Positions 31,159 to 41,240 of a DNA stretch of 53,393 bases are shown piece by piece (position 1 is the first letter of the stretch; each line of letters starts with the position of its first letter). Position numbers and translations under genes: made by a program. The notes under the pieces are model-generated. The model saw only the letters and a list, made by a program, of their open reading frames with translations, had not been told where the DNA came from and did not search any database. The DNA is taken from the sequence record SRR20825006_112; one strand, written 5' to 3'.

Positions 31159-31939
31159 GCAATGGGCCGATATCGGGGTTAACCTGACCGACCGGCAATT
31201 CAATGACGATCGCGAAACGGTGATTGAACGGGCGGCCTCGGCTGGGGTCGCCTGGCAACTGATTACCGGCACCAACATCGACGAGTCACGCGCCGCCATT
31301 GCCCTGGCCGACGAACATCCAACCCTGTTTGCTACCGCTGGGCTGCATCCGCACAGTGCTCGCTTTTATTCACCTGCCCTGGCAAAAGAACTACACGAAT
31401 TGCTCGCCCATGAGCAGACGAAAGCCGCAGGAGAAATGGGCCTGGACTTCAACCGGGACTTCTCTCCACGACCGGACCAGGAGCGCGCCTTCGAAGCCCA
31501 GCTGGCGCTGGCGGTAGAAATGAAATTGCCTGTTTTTCTCCATGAGCGCGACGCCCATGAGCGTTTTCTGCCTATCCTGAAAGCGTTCCGCGACGATCTG
31601 CCCGGCGCCGTCGTGCATTGCTTCACCGGCTCCCGCCAGGCATTGTTTGCCTATCTGGATCTGGATTGCCATATCGGCATTACTGGCTGGGTTTGCGACG
31701 AGCGCCGCGGCAAACCATTGGCAGAACTGGTGCCCAATATTCCGGATCAACGCCTGCTGCTGGAAACCGACGCCCCCTACCTGCTCCCCCGGGACCTGCC
31801 GGAGCCCCCCCCGAAAAAACGCCGTAACGAACCCGCGCTACTCCCCTGGATTGGCCAGCGGGTCGCACAGCTACGCGGGCAGCAGACACAGGACGTGGCC
31901 GCCATGACCTATCAAAATGCGTTAACATTATTTCGCTAA
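31106..31939 (+). CDS. tatD: TatD-family DNase
   Basis: DIGVNL, TAGLHPH, GEMGLDFNRDFS, LHERDA, VVHCFTG, ETDAPYL, RNEP. Confidence 0.93.
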   Translation: MTAPHSNTPSETPNTASEQWADIGVNLTDRQFNDDRETVIERAASAGVAWQLITGTNIDESRAAIALADEHPTLFATAGLHPHSARFYSPALAKELHELLAHEQTKAAGEMGLDFNRDFSPRPDQERAFEAQLALAVEMKLPVFLHERDAHERFLPILKAFRDDLPGAVVHCFTGSRQALFAYLDLDCHIGITGWVCDERRGKPLAELVPNIPDQRLLLETDAPYLLPRDLPEPPPKKRRNEPALLPWIGQRVAQLRGQQTQDVAAMTYQNALTLFR

Positions 31940-32032
31940 CCGGGCCACCATTCCGTCGCGGAACCGCAGAGACTGCGGGCCGGGTTTAGCCAAGGGCACA
32001 GAGAGCCTGGGCGGCATAGCCCGGCCCCCACA

Positions 32033-32254
32033 TCAGGAAAGGAACTGCTGCACGTCGAGCACACCAAATGGCCAGGCCAGCTCTTTGCCCTCGCGCACCA
32101 ACACCGGAATCCGCTCACCATACTGCTCGATCAATGCATCATCCTCGGCGATATCCACCGGGGTAAGCACCAGCCCCGGATTCACCATGGCCACCAGTTC
32201 TCTGGCCTGGTCGCACAGATGGCAACCCAGGGTTGTGTAGAGCACAACCGTCAT
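32033..32254 (-). CDS. Glutaredoxin-like protein (DUF836)
   Basis: LYTTLGCHLCD, YGERIPVL, WPF. Confidence 0.88.
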   Translation of the reverse strand: MTVVLYTTLGCHLCDQARELVAMVNPGLVLTPVDIAEDDALIEQYGERIPVLVREGKELAWPFGVLDVQQFLS

Positions 32255-34371
32255 GCGTCCTCCACATGGCGAATCGCGTAACAGTAATGGATCTTCTCAT
32301 TTCGGCGGAAATCTTCGGGGATACTCCAACGAGAAATATCTTCCACGTCGAACCATTTACTGATGCTTTCATCCATCTGGAAACGGCGGTAATTACAGGA
32401 AAAATACAGTACCCCACCCGGTTCCAGGCAACGCATGATCTTGCGAATCAAATCGCCATGATGCTCTTCCACCACGAAGTCACTGCGTGACTTGTTGTTG
32501 GAAAAGGTGGGCGGATCACAGAACACCAGATCGAACTGCTCCTTGCATTCATCCAGCCAACGCATGGCATCCATGCGGACCAGCTCATGCTGGTCGGTGG
32601 AGAAGCCGTTGGCCGCCAGATTACAGGCGGTCCAGTCCTGATAACGCTTGGAGGAATCCACTGTCACCGTGCGCTTGGCACCCCCTACGGCAGCATGCAC
32701 CGTGGCCGACCCGGTATAGGCAAACAAGTTGAGGAAACGTTTGCCGCTGGCCTGTTCCGCAATGCGCAGTCGCGTGGGACGGTGATCCAGAAACAAACCG
32801 GTATCCAGGTAATCCTGCAAGTTAATCAACAATTGCGCCTGACCTTCGCGCACGACACGATAATGTCCCTGGGTATCCAGTTTTTGATACTGCTGATTTC
32901 CTTTTTGCTTCTCACGCGTACGCAAGTGCACCTGCTCACGATGCACACCAAGTGCGGCGCGCACCGCCGTTACCGCCCAATCACGCCGTGCTTTCGCTTT
33001 TTCAGGGTCAACCGTTTTCGGCGCTTTGAATTCCTGCACCAACACCTGGTCGCCATAGATATCCACGGCCACATTGAATTCCGGCAGATCGCGATCATAA
33101 AGGCGATAACACTGGATATCTTCCCGCTCCAGCCAACGACGCAGATGCTTGCCGTTCTTACGCAAACGGTTGAGCAAAGGCTGCGCGCCTTCCGGCACAT
33201 TGAACGCACCCTCATCGGCCACTTGCGCCACAGCAGGCGGCGTCTGTTTGCGCGGTGTATACAAGCGAATAAAATTATTGAACGGTCCGTTCTTCAAGCG
33301 CCACTGCCGCTCCAGATTCATCCCGGAGCGATCCATTACGTCCACATCAGCGCCTAGCAGTAACGCTTGATACCCAGGTGCACGCACCGCAAGAATCCGG
33401 CCGATGGCATAGTGTAACCAGCCCGCCTGCTGCTTCTCATCCAGACGCTCGCCCCAGGGCGGATTGCCCACCACAATGCCATTGGCCGCAAAGTCACGCG
33501 GCCTCAGCGCCCCCAACTCCCGGCGCTCAAAATGAATCGCATTACGCACCCCGGCACGTTCGGCATTCTGCAATGCCAACGGCAACGTCTTGCTATCAGC
33601 ATCAAAGCCCTTCAACGACAACGCCGGCACCGGACGATTGGCGCTCTCACCCGCTTCCTGCTGGGCATCCAGCCACAACTGACGGCGGCAACCGCGCCAG
33701 TGCTGGAAGCCATAGTGCTGACGCTGAGCACCGGCGGCGCGCCCGGCAGCCATCAGGGCCGCCTCTATCACCAGGGTGCCACTGCCGCAGAACGGATCGA
33801 GCAAGGCAGGATGACGCTCTGCTTTACCCCAACCGATGGCCCACAACATGGCTGCCGCCAGGGTTTCACGCAACGGCGCCCGGCCACCTGCAAGGCGATA
33901 GCCGCGACGGTGCAGGGGCTCACCGGCCAGGTCCAGCCACAGGTGCGCTTCGTTCAGATCAAGGCGAGCACGAATGCAGCAACTACCCTTCGGTTCACGC
34001 GAAATCGCAAACTGCTCTGGTAGAGCCTGGATAAAGCGTTTGGCGCTGATCCGGTTGTCACCACGCACCTCTGCGCCGTGCTCAATATGCACGTGCACAG
34101 GAGCGTTGTTGCCCACCAGCGACAGCCAATCCTGACTACCGGCGAGCTTTTCCGGCGCGATGTCGGGCGTTACACCCAGCGTGGCCAGATGCAACAGAAC
34201 ACGCTCAGACAGTCGAGACCACAGGCACACCTTGAGGGCATCCGCCGAGCCTCCGGAAAAACTCACATGGGCACGCCCGGCTTCTGTTACGGATATGCCC
34301 AGTGAAGACAATTCGTCACTGAGCAGATCTGCCAAACCTGGCATGCAGGTGGCCACAAATTCCATTACCAA
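32251..34371 (-). CDS. rlmKL: Bifunctional 23S rRNA m2G2445/m7G2069 methyltransferase RlmKL
   Basis: LHRRGYR, APLRETLAAA, DPFCGSG, NPPWG, DYLDTGLFLDHR, NLFAYTG, DPPTFSN. Confidence 0.95.
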   Translation of the reverse strand: MVMEFVATCMPGLADLLSDELSSLGISVTEAGRAHVSFSGGSADALKVCLWSRLSERVLLHLATLGVTPDIAPEKLAGSQDWLSLVGNNAPVHVHIEHGAEVRGDNRISAKRFIQALPEQFAISREPKGSCCIRARLDLNEAHLWLDLAGEPLHRRGYRLAGGRAPLRETLAAAMLWAIGWGKAERHPALLDPFCGSGTLVIEAALMAAGRAAGAQRQHYGFQHWRGCRRQLWLDAQQEAGESANRPVPALSLKGFDADSKTLPLALQNAERAGVRNAIHFERRELGALRPRDFAANGIVVGNPPWGERLDEKQQAGWLHYAIGRILAVRAPGYQALLLGADVDVMDRSGMNLERQWRLKNGPFNNFIRLYTPRKQTPPAVAQVADEGAFNVPEGAQPLLNRLRKNGKHLRRWLEREDIQCYRLYDRDLPEFNVAVDIYGDQVLVQEFKAPKTVDPEKAKARRDWAVTAVRAALGVHREQVHLRTREKQKGNQQYQKLDTQGHYRVVREGQAQLLINLQDYLDTGLFLDHRPTRLRIAEQASGKRFLNLFAYTGSATVHAAVGGAKRTVTVDSSKRYQDWTACNLAANGFSTDQHELVRMDAMRWLDECKEQFDLVFCDPPTFSNNKSRSDFVVEEHHGDLIRKIMRCLEPGGVLYFSCNYRRFQMDESISKWFDVEDISRWSIPEDFRRNEKIHYCYAIRHVEDA

Positions 34372-34620
34372 ATCCTCTTAAGTGACTGATTCATGCCCTA
34401 TGCGAAAAACTAACTACTTGTTTTTCATGGCATTACAGAAACGGTCATCAATCTGTCCTTTATACGTCATATGCTTAACCAGCACTGACCATATTGCTAC
34501 ATGGTATTCGACACCACCTTACCGCTTTCCCATACTGAATGTGTCGGCCCCGCTACTTGGCTACGTTTTTAGCCGAGGGGCCATTTTTCGGTACCGCTAT
34601 CTGTGAAAGGGAAAGCGTTT

Positions 34621-34827
34621 ATGAAGCGACAAAAACGTAGTAAAGACGACCGCGCTTACAACCGGGGATACAACGCCGGCCTGGATGGAAAATCCCGTGA
34701 AGACTGCCCGTTTGGCACGCTCCAGGCACGCACCAACTGGATGGGGGGATGGCGCGAAGGTCGCACTGACTTTGCTCACGGAATGCTCGGCGTGGCCAGC
34801 ATCCAGAATCTGAAAAATATCGGTTAA
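34621..34827 (+). CDS. rmf: Ribosome modulation factor
   Basis: MKRQKR...RAYNRGYNAGLDGKSREDCPF...WMGGWREG; lies between rlmKL and pyrD. Confidence 0.95.
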   Translation: MKRQKRSKDDRAYNRGYNAGLDGKSREDCPFGTLQARTNWMGGWREGRTDFAHGMLGVASIQNLKNIG

Positions 34828-34873
34828 CTTCTTCCAGTTTCACAACGCCGACGCGTTCAGCGCGCCGACCCAC

Positions 34874-34896
34874 AGGGCCCCACCCGGGCCCTTTTT
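34874..34896 (+). terminator. Intrinsic terminator of rmf
   Basis: AGGGCCC-caccc-GGGCCCT followed by a T-run. Confidence 0.75.
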
Positions 34897-34927
34897 AATG
34901 TCCAGCCCATAGCGGGAAACGAATCGA

Positions 34928-35938
34928 TCAAATCCCTTTCGGCCAGGCACGAGCGATATCACCGATCAAGCCCGGGCCCTGGTAGATCAGGCCACTGTAA
35001 ATCTGCACCAGATCCGCCCCCTGGCGCTGCTTTTCCAGTGCATCATCAGCGCTATTAATGCCACCCACACCAATAATAGGGATACGACCATTAAGCGCAT
35101 GGCGCATGGAAGCCAACGCCCGGTTGGCAATGGGGGTTAACGGCGCTCCACTGAGCCCACCCTGTTCCTCTCCGTGCTTCAGGCCCTGCACGCCCTCGCG
35201 GGACAAGGTGGTATTGCCCACGCACACACCGTCGATTCCGTGCTGCACAAACGCTTCTGCCATCTCCTGCAGCTCTTCCTCGCTGTTGTCCGGGGCAATC
35301 TTGATCACCAGCGGCACCCGGCGGCGGTGTTCCTGATCCAGGCGCGTCTGGGCTTCGCGCAACGTACCCAGCAGCTCATCCAGAGCGGCGCCGTGTTGCA
35401 GGGTGCGTAAACCCGGCGTATTGGGTGAGGACACATTGACCACCAGGTAGCTGGCATAGGCGTGCACTTTCTGCTGGCAGATCAGGTAGTCCTGAACCGC
35501 ATCTTCCACCGGGGTATCCTTGTTCTTGCCAATGTTGATCCCCAGCACCCCTTGATAGCGGCTACGCTTCACCGCCCCTACCAGGTATTCCACTCCCAGA
35601 TTATTGAACCCCATCCGGTTGATCAGGGCCTGGGCCTGGGGAAGGCGAAACAGACGCGGCTGAGGATTGCCCGGCTGCGGCCGGGGCGTAACAGTCCCCA
35701 CTTCAACGAAACCAAAACCCAGATCCGCCAGCCCATCGATGCAGTCACCATTCTTGTCCAGCCCTGCAGCTAGTCCCACCGGATTGGCGAACTCGATTCC
35801 CATGACTTCTTTAGGCGCCGCCGGCACCGTGCCAGGCCACAACTTGCCTGCCCGCTTGCGCAGCATTGCCAGCGTCAGCTCGTGGGAATGCTCTTCAGAG
35901 AGAGAAAACAGTAAAGGTCGTGCCAGGGAATACAGCAT
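34928..35938 (-). CDS. pyrD: Quinone-dependent dihydroorotate dehydrogenase
   Basis: [53 protein letters not shown] at 35969-35974 upstream. Confidence 0.97.
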   Translation of the reverse strand: MLYSLARPLLFSLSEEHSHELTLAMLRKRAGKLWPGTVPAAPKEVMGIEFANPVGLAAGLDKNGDCIDGLADLGFGFVEVGTVTPRPQPGNPQPRLFRLPQAQALINRMGFNNLGVEYLVGAVKRSRYQGVLGINIGKNKDTPVEDAVQDYLICQQKVHAYASYLVVNVSSPNTPGLRTLQHGAALDELLGTLREAQTRLDQEHRRRVPLVIKIAPDNSEEELQEMAEAFVQHGIDGVCVGNTTLSREGVQGLKHGEEQGGLSGAPLTPIANRALASMRHALNGRIPIIGVGGINSADDALEKQRQGADLVQIYSGLIYQGPGLIGDIARAWPKGI

Positions 35939-36084
35939 GAAAGTGCCCGATCGGTGGTAATCGGCGGCATTATAGCCAACGGTCCCGGTGACTTCGATGT
36001 TTTGTGTCCGACAGTGAGGCGAACGGTGAATCCATTGGAAACCCAGTCCGCGCGCTATCACCTCCCAAAATCCGCTACGCATGG

Positions 36085-36112
36085 CGTGCTACCTGCAGCG
36101 TGAAACCTGCTG
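36085..36112. repeat. Degenerate heptamer tandem repeat (4 units)
   Basis: cgtgcta-cctgcag-cgtgaaa-cctgctg, the reverse orientation of the NNNCA(C/G)G family. Confidence 0.4.
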
Positions 36113-36129
36113 CAGCCGCAAAGCGGCAC

Positions 36130-36155
36130 AAAAAAAGCCCGGCAGAGCCGGGCTT
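36130..36155 (-). terminator. Intrinsic terminator after the RND gene
   Basis: Minus strand AAGCCCGGC-TCT-GCCGGGC followed by T7. Confidence 0.85.
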
Positions 36156-36184
36156 GAAGATAACCAACGAAATCAGCGCGCCAG

Positions 36185-38566
36185 TTAACTGCGCAGTTTG
36201 GCGCGGGCCGGGTCCGGCTTGAGCAGGAAGCGAGCCAGAGCCGGCAGAAGCCACAGGGCGCCGATCATGTTCCACAGGAACATAAAGGTCAGCAGGATGC
36301 CCATGTCCGCCTGGAACTTAATGGAACTGAACACCCAGAAGACAACGCCCACTGCCAGGGTAATACCGGTGAATGCCACCGCCTTACCCGTGGTTTTCAA
36401 GGTCTGCTTGTAGGCCTCTTCCAGCTCCATCCCTTGCTTCAGGTATTCGGATAGCTTGCTGTAGATATAAATACCGTAATCCACACCGATACCCACACCC
36501 AGAGCAATAACCGGCAGAGTGGCGACTTTTACGCCGATGCCAAGGTGAGCCATCAGTGCCTGACAGAGAATCGAGGTAAGCCCCAGCGGCACGATGATAC
36601 AAATCACCGCACGGAAAGAGCGGAACGCGATCAGAATCAGCACCGACACCACCGCGTAAACCAGAGCCAGCATGGGGTACTGGCTGGCGGCGATGGTCTG
36701 GTTGGTTGCTGCTTCCACGCCCGCGTTACCCGAGGCCAGCTTCAGCTCCATCACATCCTTGTTATTACGAGACTCGGCAAAGTCGGCTACGGCTCCGGTA
36801 ACACGCTCCAGTGTTTCTGCCTTGTGATCGTCCAGGAACACGTAAACCGGCGTCAGGGAGCAATCCAGGTTGTACAGGCTGTCCGGCATAAAGCTCATGA
36901 CGTTATTCAGCGCATACTGATCCCGGGAAATGGTCGCCCATTTCATGGAGCCTTCATTCATATTGGTAGAGATCAGCTTCGTCGCAGACGCGATGGTCGT
37001 GACGTCTTGCACCCCTTCCACGTTACGCAGGTTCCACGCCAGGTCATCCACGGTCTGCATGGCCTGATAGGTATTACAGGACTCCATCGGAGTCTTGCCC
37101 ATGACCACCAGCACATCCGCACTAACCGAGTAATTGGATACCAGGAAGTTCACGTCATGGTTGTAACGGTAGCGAGGCTTGGGCTCATAGCCGCGCGGGC
37201 AGTCCATGTCTTCACATGGGTCCGGCCACAATTCAGGAGCCCCTTTGTCCAGATCACCAATTTTGAGATCCTGACTGAGATAAATACCGGCACCATAACC
37301 CGCAACAGCCACAGCAATTGATAGCGCTGCCAACGGAGTGCGAGTAAAGCGGGCAAACAGCCCCGCCAGCGGATGATCTTTCTTTTCCCCTGCCTGAATC
37401 TTGCGAATGGAAGCACCACTCACGCCCAGGTAAGACAATACCAGCGGGACAACGACCAGGTTGGAAATGATGATCACCGCCACGCCGATGCTCGCGGCCA
37501 TGGCCAGCTCACGAATCACGCCCACATCGATCATGTAGAGGGTGAGGAAACCGATGGCATCTGATACCAGCGCCACCATGCCCGGCACACACAGCGCCTG
37601 GAACGTAGAGCGGGCCGAATCCAGAGAGCTACGCCCTTCTGCTGCATAGTTGGCCAGGGTGTTAACGATCTGAACACCGTGTGATACCGCAATGGCAAAG
37701 ACCAGGAACGGCACCAGCATGGAATAGGGATCGATGGTAAAGCCCAGGCTGCTGACAATGCCCAGCTGCCAGATCACCGCCACAAAGGAACAGGCCGTCA
37801 CGGTAAGTGCACTGCGCAGGCAACGCGTGTCGATCAACAGCAACAGCGCGATCAACCCCAGGGTGAAGAAGAAGAACATGGCCACTTCTTCCGCCGCTGC
37901 CATCACGTCACCGGCTTTCTTTGCCAGGCCGACAATGTGAATGCGAACGTTCGGGTATTTATCCTGATACTTGCTGCGGATCTCTTCCAGCCGGGCCGAC
38001 AGGGCCGGAATATCGACACCGTCATCACCCAAGGCATCCAGCAAATAAGCGTGCACCACGCTGGACTGGAAGTTATCAGCAACCAGACGCCCCACCTGCC
38101 CGGAACGCAGCACGTTGGTGCGCAGCTGCTCCAGAGAATCTTGTGAGCCATCATAGCCTGCAGGAATCACTTCCCCGCCCTGGAAACCCTGCTCGGTCAC
38201 TTCGTTCCAGCGCACATTGCTGGTCCACAGTGAACGGATTTTGCTCGGATCAACGCCTTCCAGCGCAAAGACTTCGTCAGTGACTTCTTTTAACGCGTTG
38301 ACATAATCTTCGTTGAAAATGTCCTCGCCTTGGGTTTCCGCAACAATCACGCGGACGTCATTACCCAGGCTCAAATCATTCTGGTGTTCGAGGAAATTCT
38401 GGATATAAGGATGATCCAGCGGGACCATCTTTCGGATATCGGTGTTCAGTTCGATCTTGCTGGCCTGGAAACCCAGCAGCACAGTGGCTGCGATAAAGGC
38501 CAGCAGAATCAGGGGCCGAACAGCAAACAGCCCACTGGCGATACTTTTGGAAATGCGACCTGACAT
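36185..38566 (-). CDS. RND-superfamily (MMPL-like) inner-membrane transporter
   Basis: Two-repeat 12-TM layout; PFLVFAIAVSHGVQ, SDAIGF, GVGIGVDYGIY, FQADMGILL. Confidence 0.92.
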   Translation of the reverse strand: MSGRISKSIASGLFAVRPLILLAFIAATVLLGFQASKIELNTDIRKMVPLDHPYIQNFLEHQNDLSLGNDVRVIVAETQGEDIFNEDYVNALKEVTDEVFALEGVDPSKIRSLWTSNVRWNEVTEQGFQGGEVIPAGYDGSQDSLEQLRTNVLRSGQVGRLVADNFQSSVVHAYLLDALGDDGVDIPALSARLEEIRSKYQDKYPNVRIHIVGLAKKAGDVMAAAEEVAMFFFFTLGLIALLLLIDTRCLRSALTVTACSFVAVIWQLGIVSSLGFTIDPYSMLVPFLVFAIAVSHGVQIVNTLANYAAEGRSSLDSARSTFQALCVPGMVALVSDAIGFLTLYMIDVGVIRELAMAASIGVAVIIISNLVVVPLVLSYLGVSGASIRKIQAGEKKDHPLAGLFARFTRTPLAALSIAVAVAGYGAGIYLSQDLKIGDLDKGAPELWPDPCEDMDCPRGYEPKPRYRYNHDVNFLVSNYSVSADVLVVMGKTPMESCNTYQAMQTVDDLAWNLRNVEGVQDVTTIASATKLISTNMNEGSMKWATISRDQYALNNVMSFMPDSLYNLDCSLTPVYVFLDDHKAETLERVTGAVADFAESRNNKDVMELKLASGNAGVEAATNQTIAASQYPMLALVYAVVSVLILIAFRSFRAVICIIVPLGLTSILCQALMAHLGIGVKVATLPVIALGVGIGVDYGIYIYSKLSEYLKQGMELEEAYKQTLKTTGKAVAFTGITLAVGVVFWVFSSIKFQADMGILLTFMFLWNMIGALWLLPALARFLLKPDPARAKLRS

Positions 38567-38577
38567 TGCTGTGCCCC

Positions 38578-39669
38578 TTATTTAACGTCTTCGATCACAC
38601 GCAACCCACCCTGCCCGGCGACAAGAATGCCACCTGCATCACGGGGAAGAACTGCGGAGATAGAATCGCGATCCGGCAAGAACCGCAGGGAAAAAGATTG
38701 ACCGCCATCGTGGCTGGTAAGGATGCCACCGGCATTAGTGACCAGCACCACAGTGCCATCCGCCAGTACGGTGCCATCGTTCACACCGCGGCTCAGCTTT
38801 GAGGGAATTTTTGCCCAGCTGCGCCCGCGATTAGCCGTCAACCACACATTGCCCTGAAGGCCATAGGCCAAGGCTTTATAATCAGAAATGGTCGTCACCC
38901 CAAACAGGGTACCACTGTAAGGACTTTGCAATTTTTCCCAGCTCACCCCTTTGTCAGCAGAGTGGAACATCACACCTTTTTCGCCCACTACATAGCGATC
39001 GTTTCCGCCTTTGGCAGCGGCATAGTCATACAAATGCCAGCCATCACGGTTATCCAGGCTATCCAGTGCTTTATTCCAGGTTTCTCCACCATCAGTGGTT
39101 CGCAGGAAGTAGCCATACCCGCCCACAGCAACCGCACGATCACGACTATCGCAGAACACATCCAGCAACGGTGCACCGGATGTATCGACTGGTGCCATGG
39201 CAGCACTATCGCCATAGAGATCGTCGCCTTCATCGCCGTAGGCATCATCATCGTAGGGGTCACCATAGAGATCATCCATGGCGTAGTCATCCAGCTCCTC
39301 CTCAACCGGCGCCGCATCCTCCTCACCGCTACCCAGAGGGTCGCTGTATTGCACGGTCCAGGTTTCCCCACCATCATCGCTGCCCAGTACCACCGCATCG
39401 TGGCCAACCGCCCAGCCGTGGCGAGCATCAGCAAAGCACACCGAGGTGAGCAGCACTTCAGAGGGCGTTACCGCCTGCTTCCAGTGATCACCCTGATCAT
39501 CGGAATAGAGAATTTTACCCCGGTCGCCCACAGCAACAACCCGGCTATCGGCGTAAGCGATATCCAGGTAACTGTTAGCGGTGACCAGAGGTGCATCATT
39601 CGAAACGAAATCTGCCTGCAGGGGCGCAGACAGCATGGCCGAAAAAGCCATTAACACTGTTTTTTTCAT
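38578..39669 (-). CDS. YCF48-like/BNR-repeat beta-propeller periplasmic protein
   Basis: Signal peptide; AVGDRGKILYSDDQGDHW, GWAVGHD, several SxDGGxTW Asp-boxes; acidic insertion. Confidence 0.9.
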   Translation of the reverse strand: MKKTVLMAFSAMLSAPLQADFVSNDAPLVTANSYLDIAYADSRVVAVGDRGKILYSDDQGDHWKQAVTPSEVLLTSVCFADARHGWAVGHDAVVLGSDDGGETWTVQYSDPLGSGEEDAAPVEEELDDYAMDDLYGDPYDDDAYGDEGDDLYGDSAAMAPVDTSGAPLLDVFCDSRDRAVAVGGYGYFLRTTDGGETWNKALDSLDNRDGWHLYDYAAAKGGNDRYVVGEKGVMFHSADKGVSWEKLQSPYSGTLFGVTTISDYKALAYGLQGNVWLTANRGRSWAKIPSKLSRGVNDGTVLADGTVVLVTNAGGILTSHDGGQSFSLRFLPDRDSISAVLPRDAGGILVAGQGGLRVIEDVK

Positions 39670-39712
39670 TGTCCCTTACTCTTCCCGAGGGCCCTTTTTT
39701 CAGGGCCGAGCA

Positions 39713-39753
39713 CAAAACAACCGGGAGCCATAGGCGGCCTCCCGGTCGTTTTG
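39713..39753 (-). terminator. Intercistronic stem-loop (terminator-like) between DUF1329 and YCF48
   Basis: Minus strand CAAAACGACCGGGAG...CTCCCGGTTGTTTTG. Confidence 0.55.
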
Positions 39754-39787
39754 CATTGCCGGCTTCAAGGAACCGACGTTTTTATAA

Positions 39788-41194
39788 TTAACGACCGCGG
39801 CGGCGTAGCGCTGCCGGGTGGAAGTAACGGTCGCCGGGTACCGGCTGGCTGTAATCAAGCATCGTTGACTCTTCGTTATCCAGGAACTGCACGTGATAAC
39901 GCTGAGCACGCAGGTCGTGGAACGTATCCAGAGCGGTCCACTGGGTCGGTACTTCGTAGTAGTTCTTGATGTAAGCCAGGCTGACGCGCCACAGCTCGCC
40001 ACGACGGTCGTACTGGTCGATGGCGGCAATCTGCCAGGAATCCGCATCAATATAGAAGCGACGCTTCTCGTAGATGTGTCGCTCACCTTCTTTCAAGTTT
40101 GCTTCCACCACCCAGACGCGGTGCAGCTCCCAACGCTGGTAGTCAGAGTTCACATGGCCCTTTTGCAGCAGGGTCTCATATTTCACATCCGCGCTATCCA
40201 GCTTGTAGTTGTTATACGGGATAAACATTTCTACCGGCTTATCGCTAACCAGCTTCCAGTTGTACTTGTCTGGCGCACCGTTATACATGTCGGTGTCGTC
40301 TGCCGTACGCAGGCCATCGGCCGCCGCAATCGGCGTGTCGTAAGCCAGGTTAGGTGCACGGCGCACGCGACGCTGGCCAGCATTGTAGCCCCAAGCTTGG
40401 CGCGGCATTTTCTGTTGGTCCAGCATTTCGTGTACCAGTACCGCACCACCCGCCAGACGTGCCGGCGCTTTGGTGAAGGACAGGTAGTAGAAAATGATGT
40501 TATCCAGGGAGTCAAAGTTGTACTTCGGATCGTAGTAACGGAAATACACTTCCTGCTGCGAGGTAATCAGCGAGTAGGCACCGCTACGCTGAACGGCCAC
40601 TTCTGAAGCACGGCGCACTACGTACAGGCCACGCCAGCGCAAAATGTGATTCCAGATTGCCTGCTTGGCTTTCTGCTCGTTGCTACCACTCAGAATCGGG
40701 AACGGAATACCGCCAAAGGCGTTGTCCACACCGGTTTCACCCAGCTTGGCCTTGGTAGCGTTGCTTTTGGTGTTGTCATACACCCACTGCGGTGCAGACG
40801 TGGAGCGATGGCTCGGATACACGTTCAGCTTGAAGGTGTCCGGGTAGGTTTTCAGCATGGCCTGCACACCGTCCGGCACCTTGTCCGCATACTGGGACAC
40901 GTTCTGGGCGTTGATGGTGAAGGCGATTTTGTCAGACTTGTACGGGTCCGGGTGATGTTGGCCCGGGCGGGTGTATTCCTTGGGAATATCCTTGCGCTGA
41001 ATGCCACCAGTGTAATCCGGGATACCCAGACCTGTAGAGATCGCTTTGCCGTTGCCTTTAATCTGTGCACCGAATGGCGTCAGGGATTTACCCAGCTTCG
41101 CCGCTTCCTGGCTGGAAACACCAGCGTGCACATTGGCCGCTACGCTCAGAGACAGTGCCAGTGCACCACCCATTGCGGTCAATTTCTTCAACAT
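39788..41194 (-). CDS. DUF1329 periplasmic protein (LolA-like C-terminal region)
   Basis: LGKSLTPFGA, VYPSHR, GIPFP, AWGYNAGQRRVRRAP, RWELHRVWVVEA, RHIYEKRRFYIDADSW, YDRRGELWR. Confidence 0.93.
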   Translation of the reverse strand: MLKKLTAMGGALALSLSVAANVHAGVSSQEAAKLGKSLTPFGAQIKGNGKAISTGLGIPDYTGGIQRKDIPKEYTRPGQHHPDPYKSDKIAFTINAQNVSQYADKVPDGVQAMLKTYPDTFKLNVYPSHRSTSAPQWVYDNTKSNATKAKLGETGVDNAFGGIPFPILSGSNEQKAKQAIWNHILRWRGLYVVRRASEVAVQRSGAYSLITSQQEVYFRYYDPKYNFDSLDNIIFYYLSFTKAPARLAGGAVLVHEMLDQQKMPRQAWGYNAGQRRVRRAPNLAYDTPIAAADGLRTADDTDMYNGAPDKYNWKLVSDKPVEMFIPYNNYKLDSADVKYETLLQKGHVNSDYQRWELHRVWVVEANLKEGERHIYEKRRFYIDADSWQIAAIDQYDRRGELWRVSLAYIKNYYEVPTQWTALDTFHDLRAQRYHVQFLDNEESTMLDYSQPVPGDRYFHPAALRRRGR

Positions 41195-41240
41195 GATTGC
41201 TCTCCGTTAAAAACAGGCCGGCATCCCGGCCTGGAACAAA

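Noticed and set aside
29098-31939. cNMP protein plus TatD as an anti-phage system (Pycsar/CBASS/Qat-like)
   Set aside because: No cyclase or other defence components; TatD is the housekeeping type and the context is core genome.
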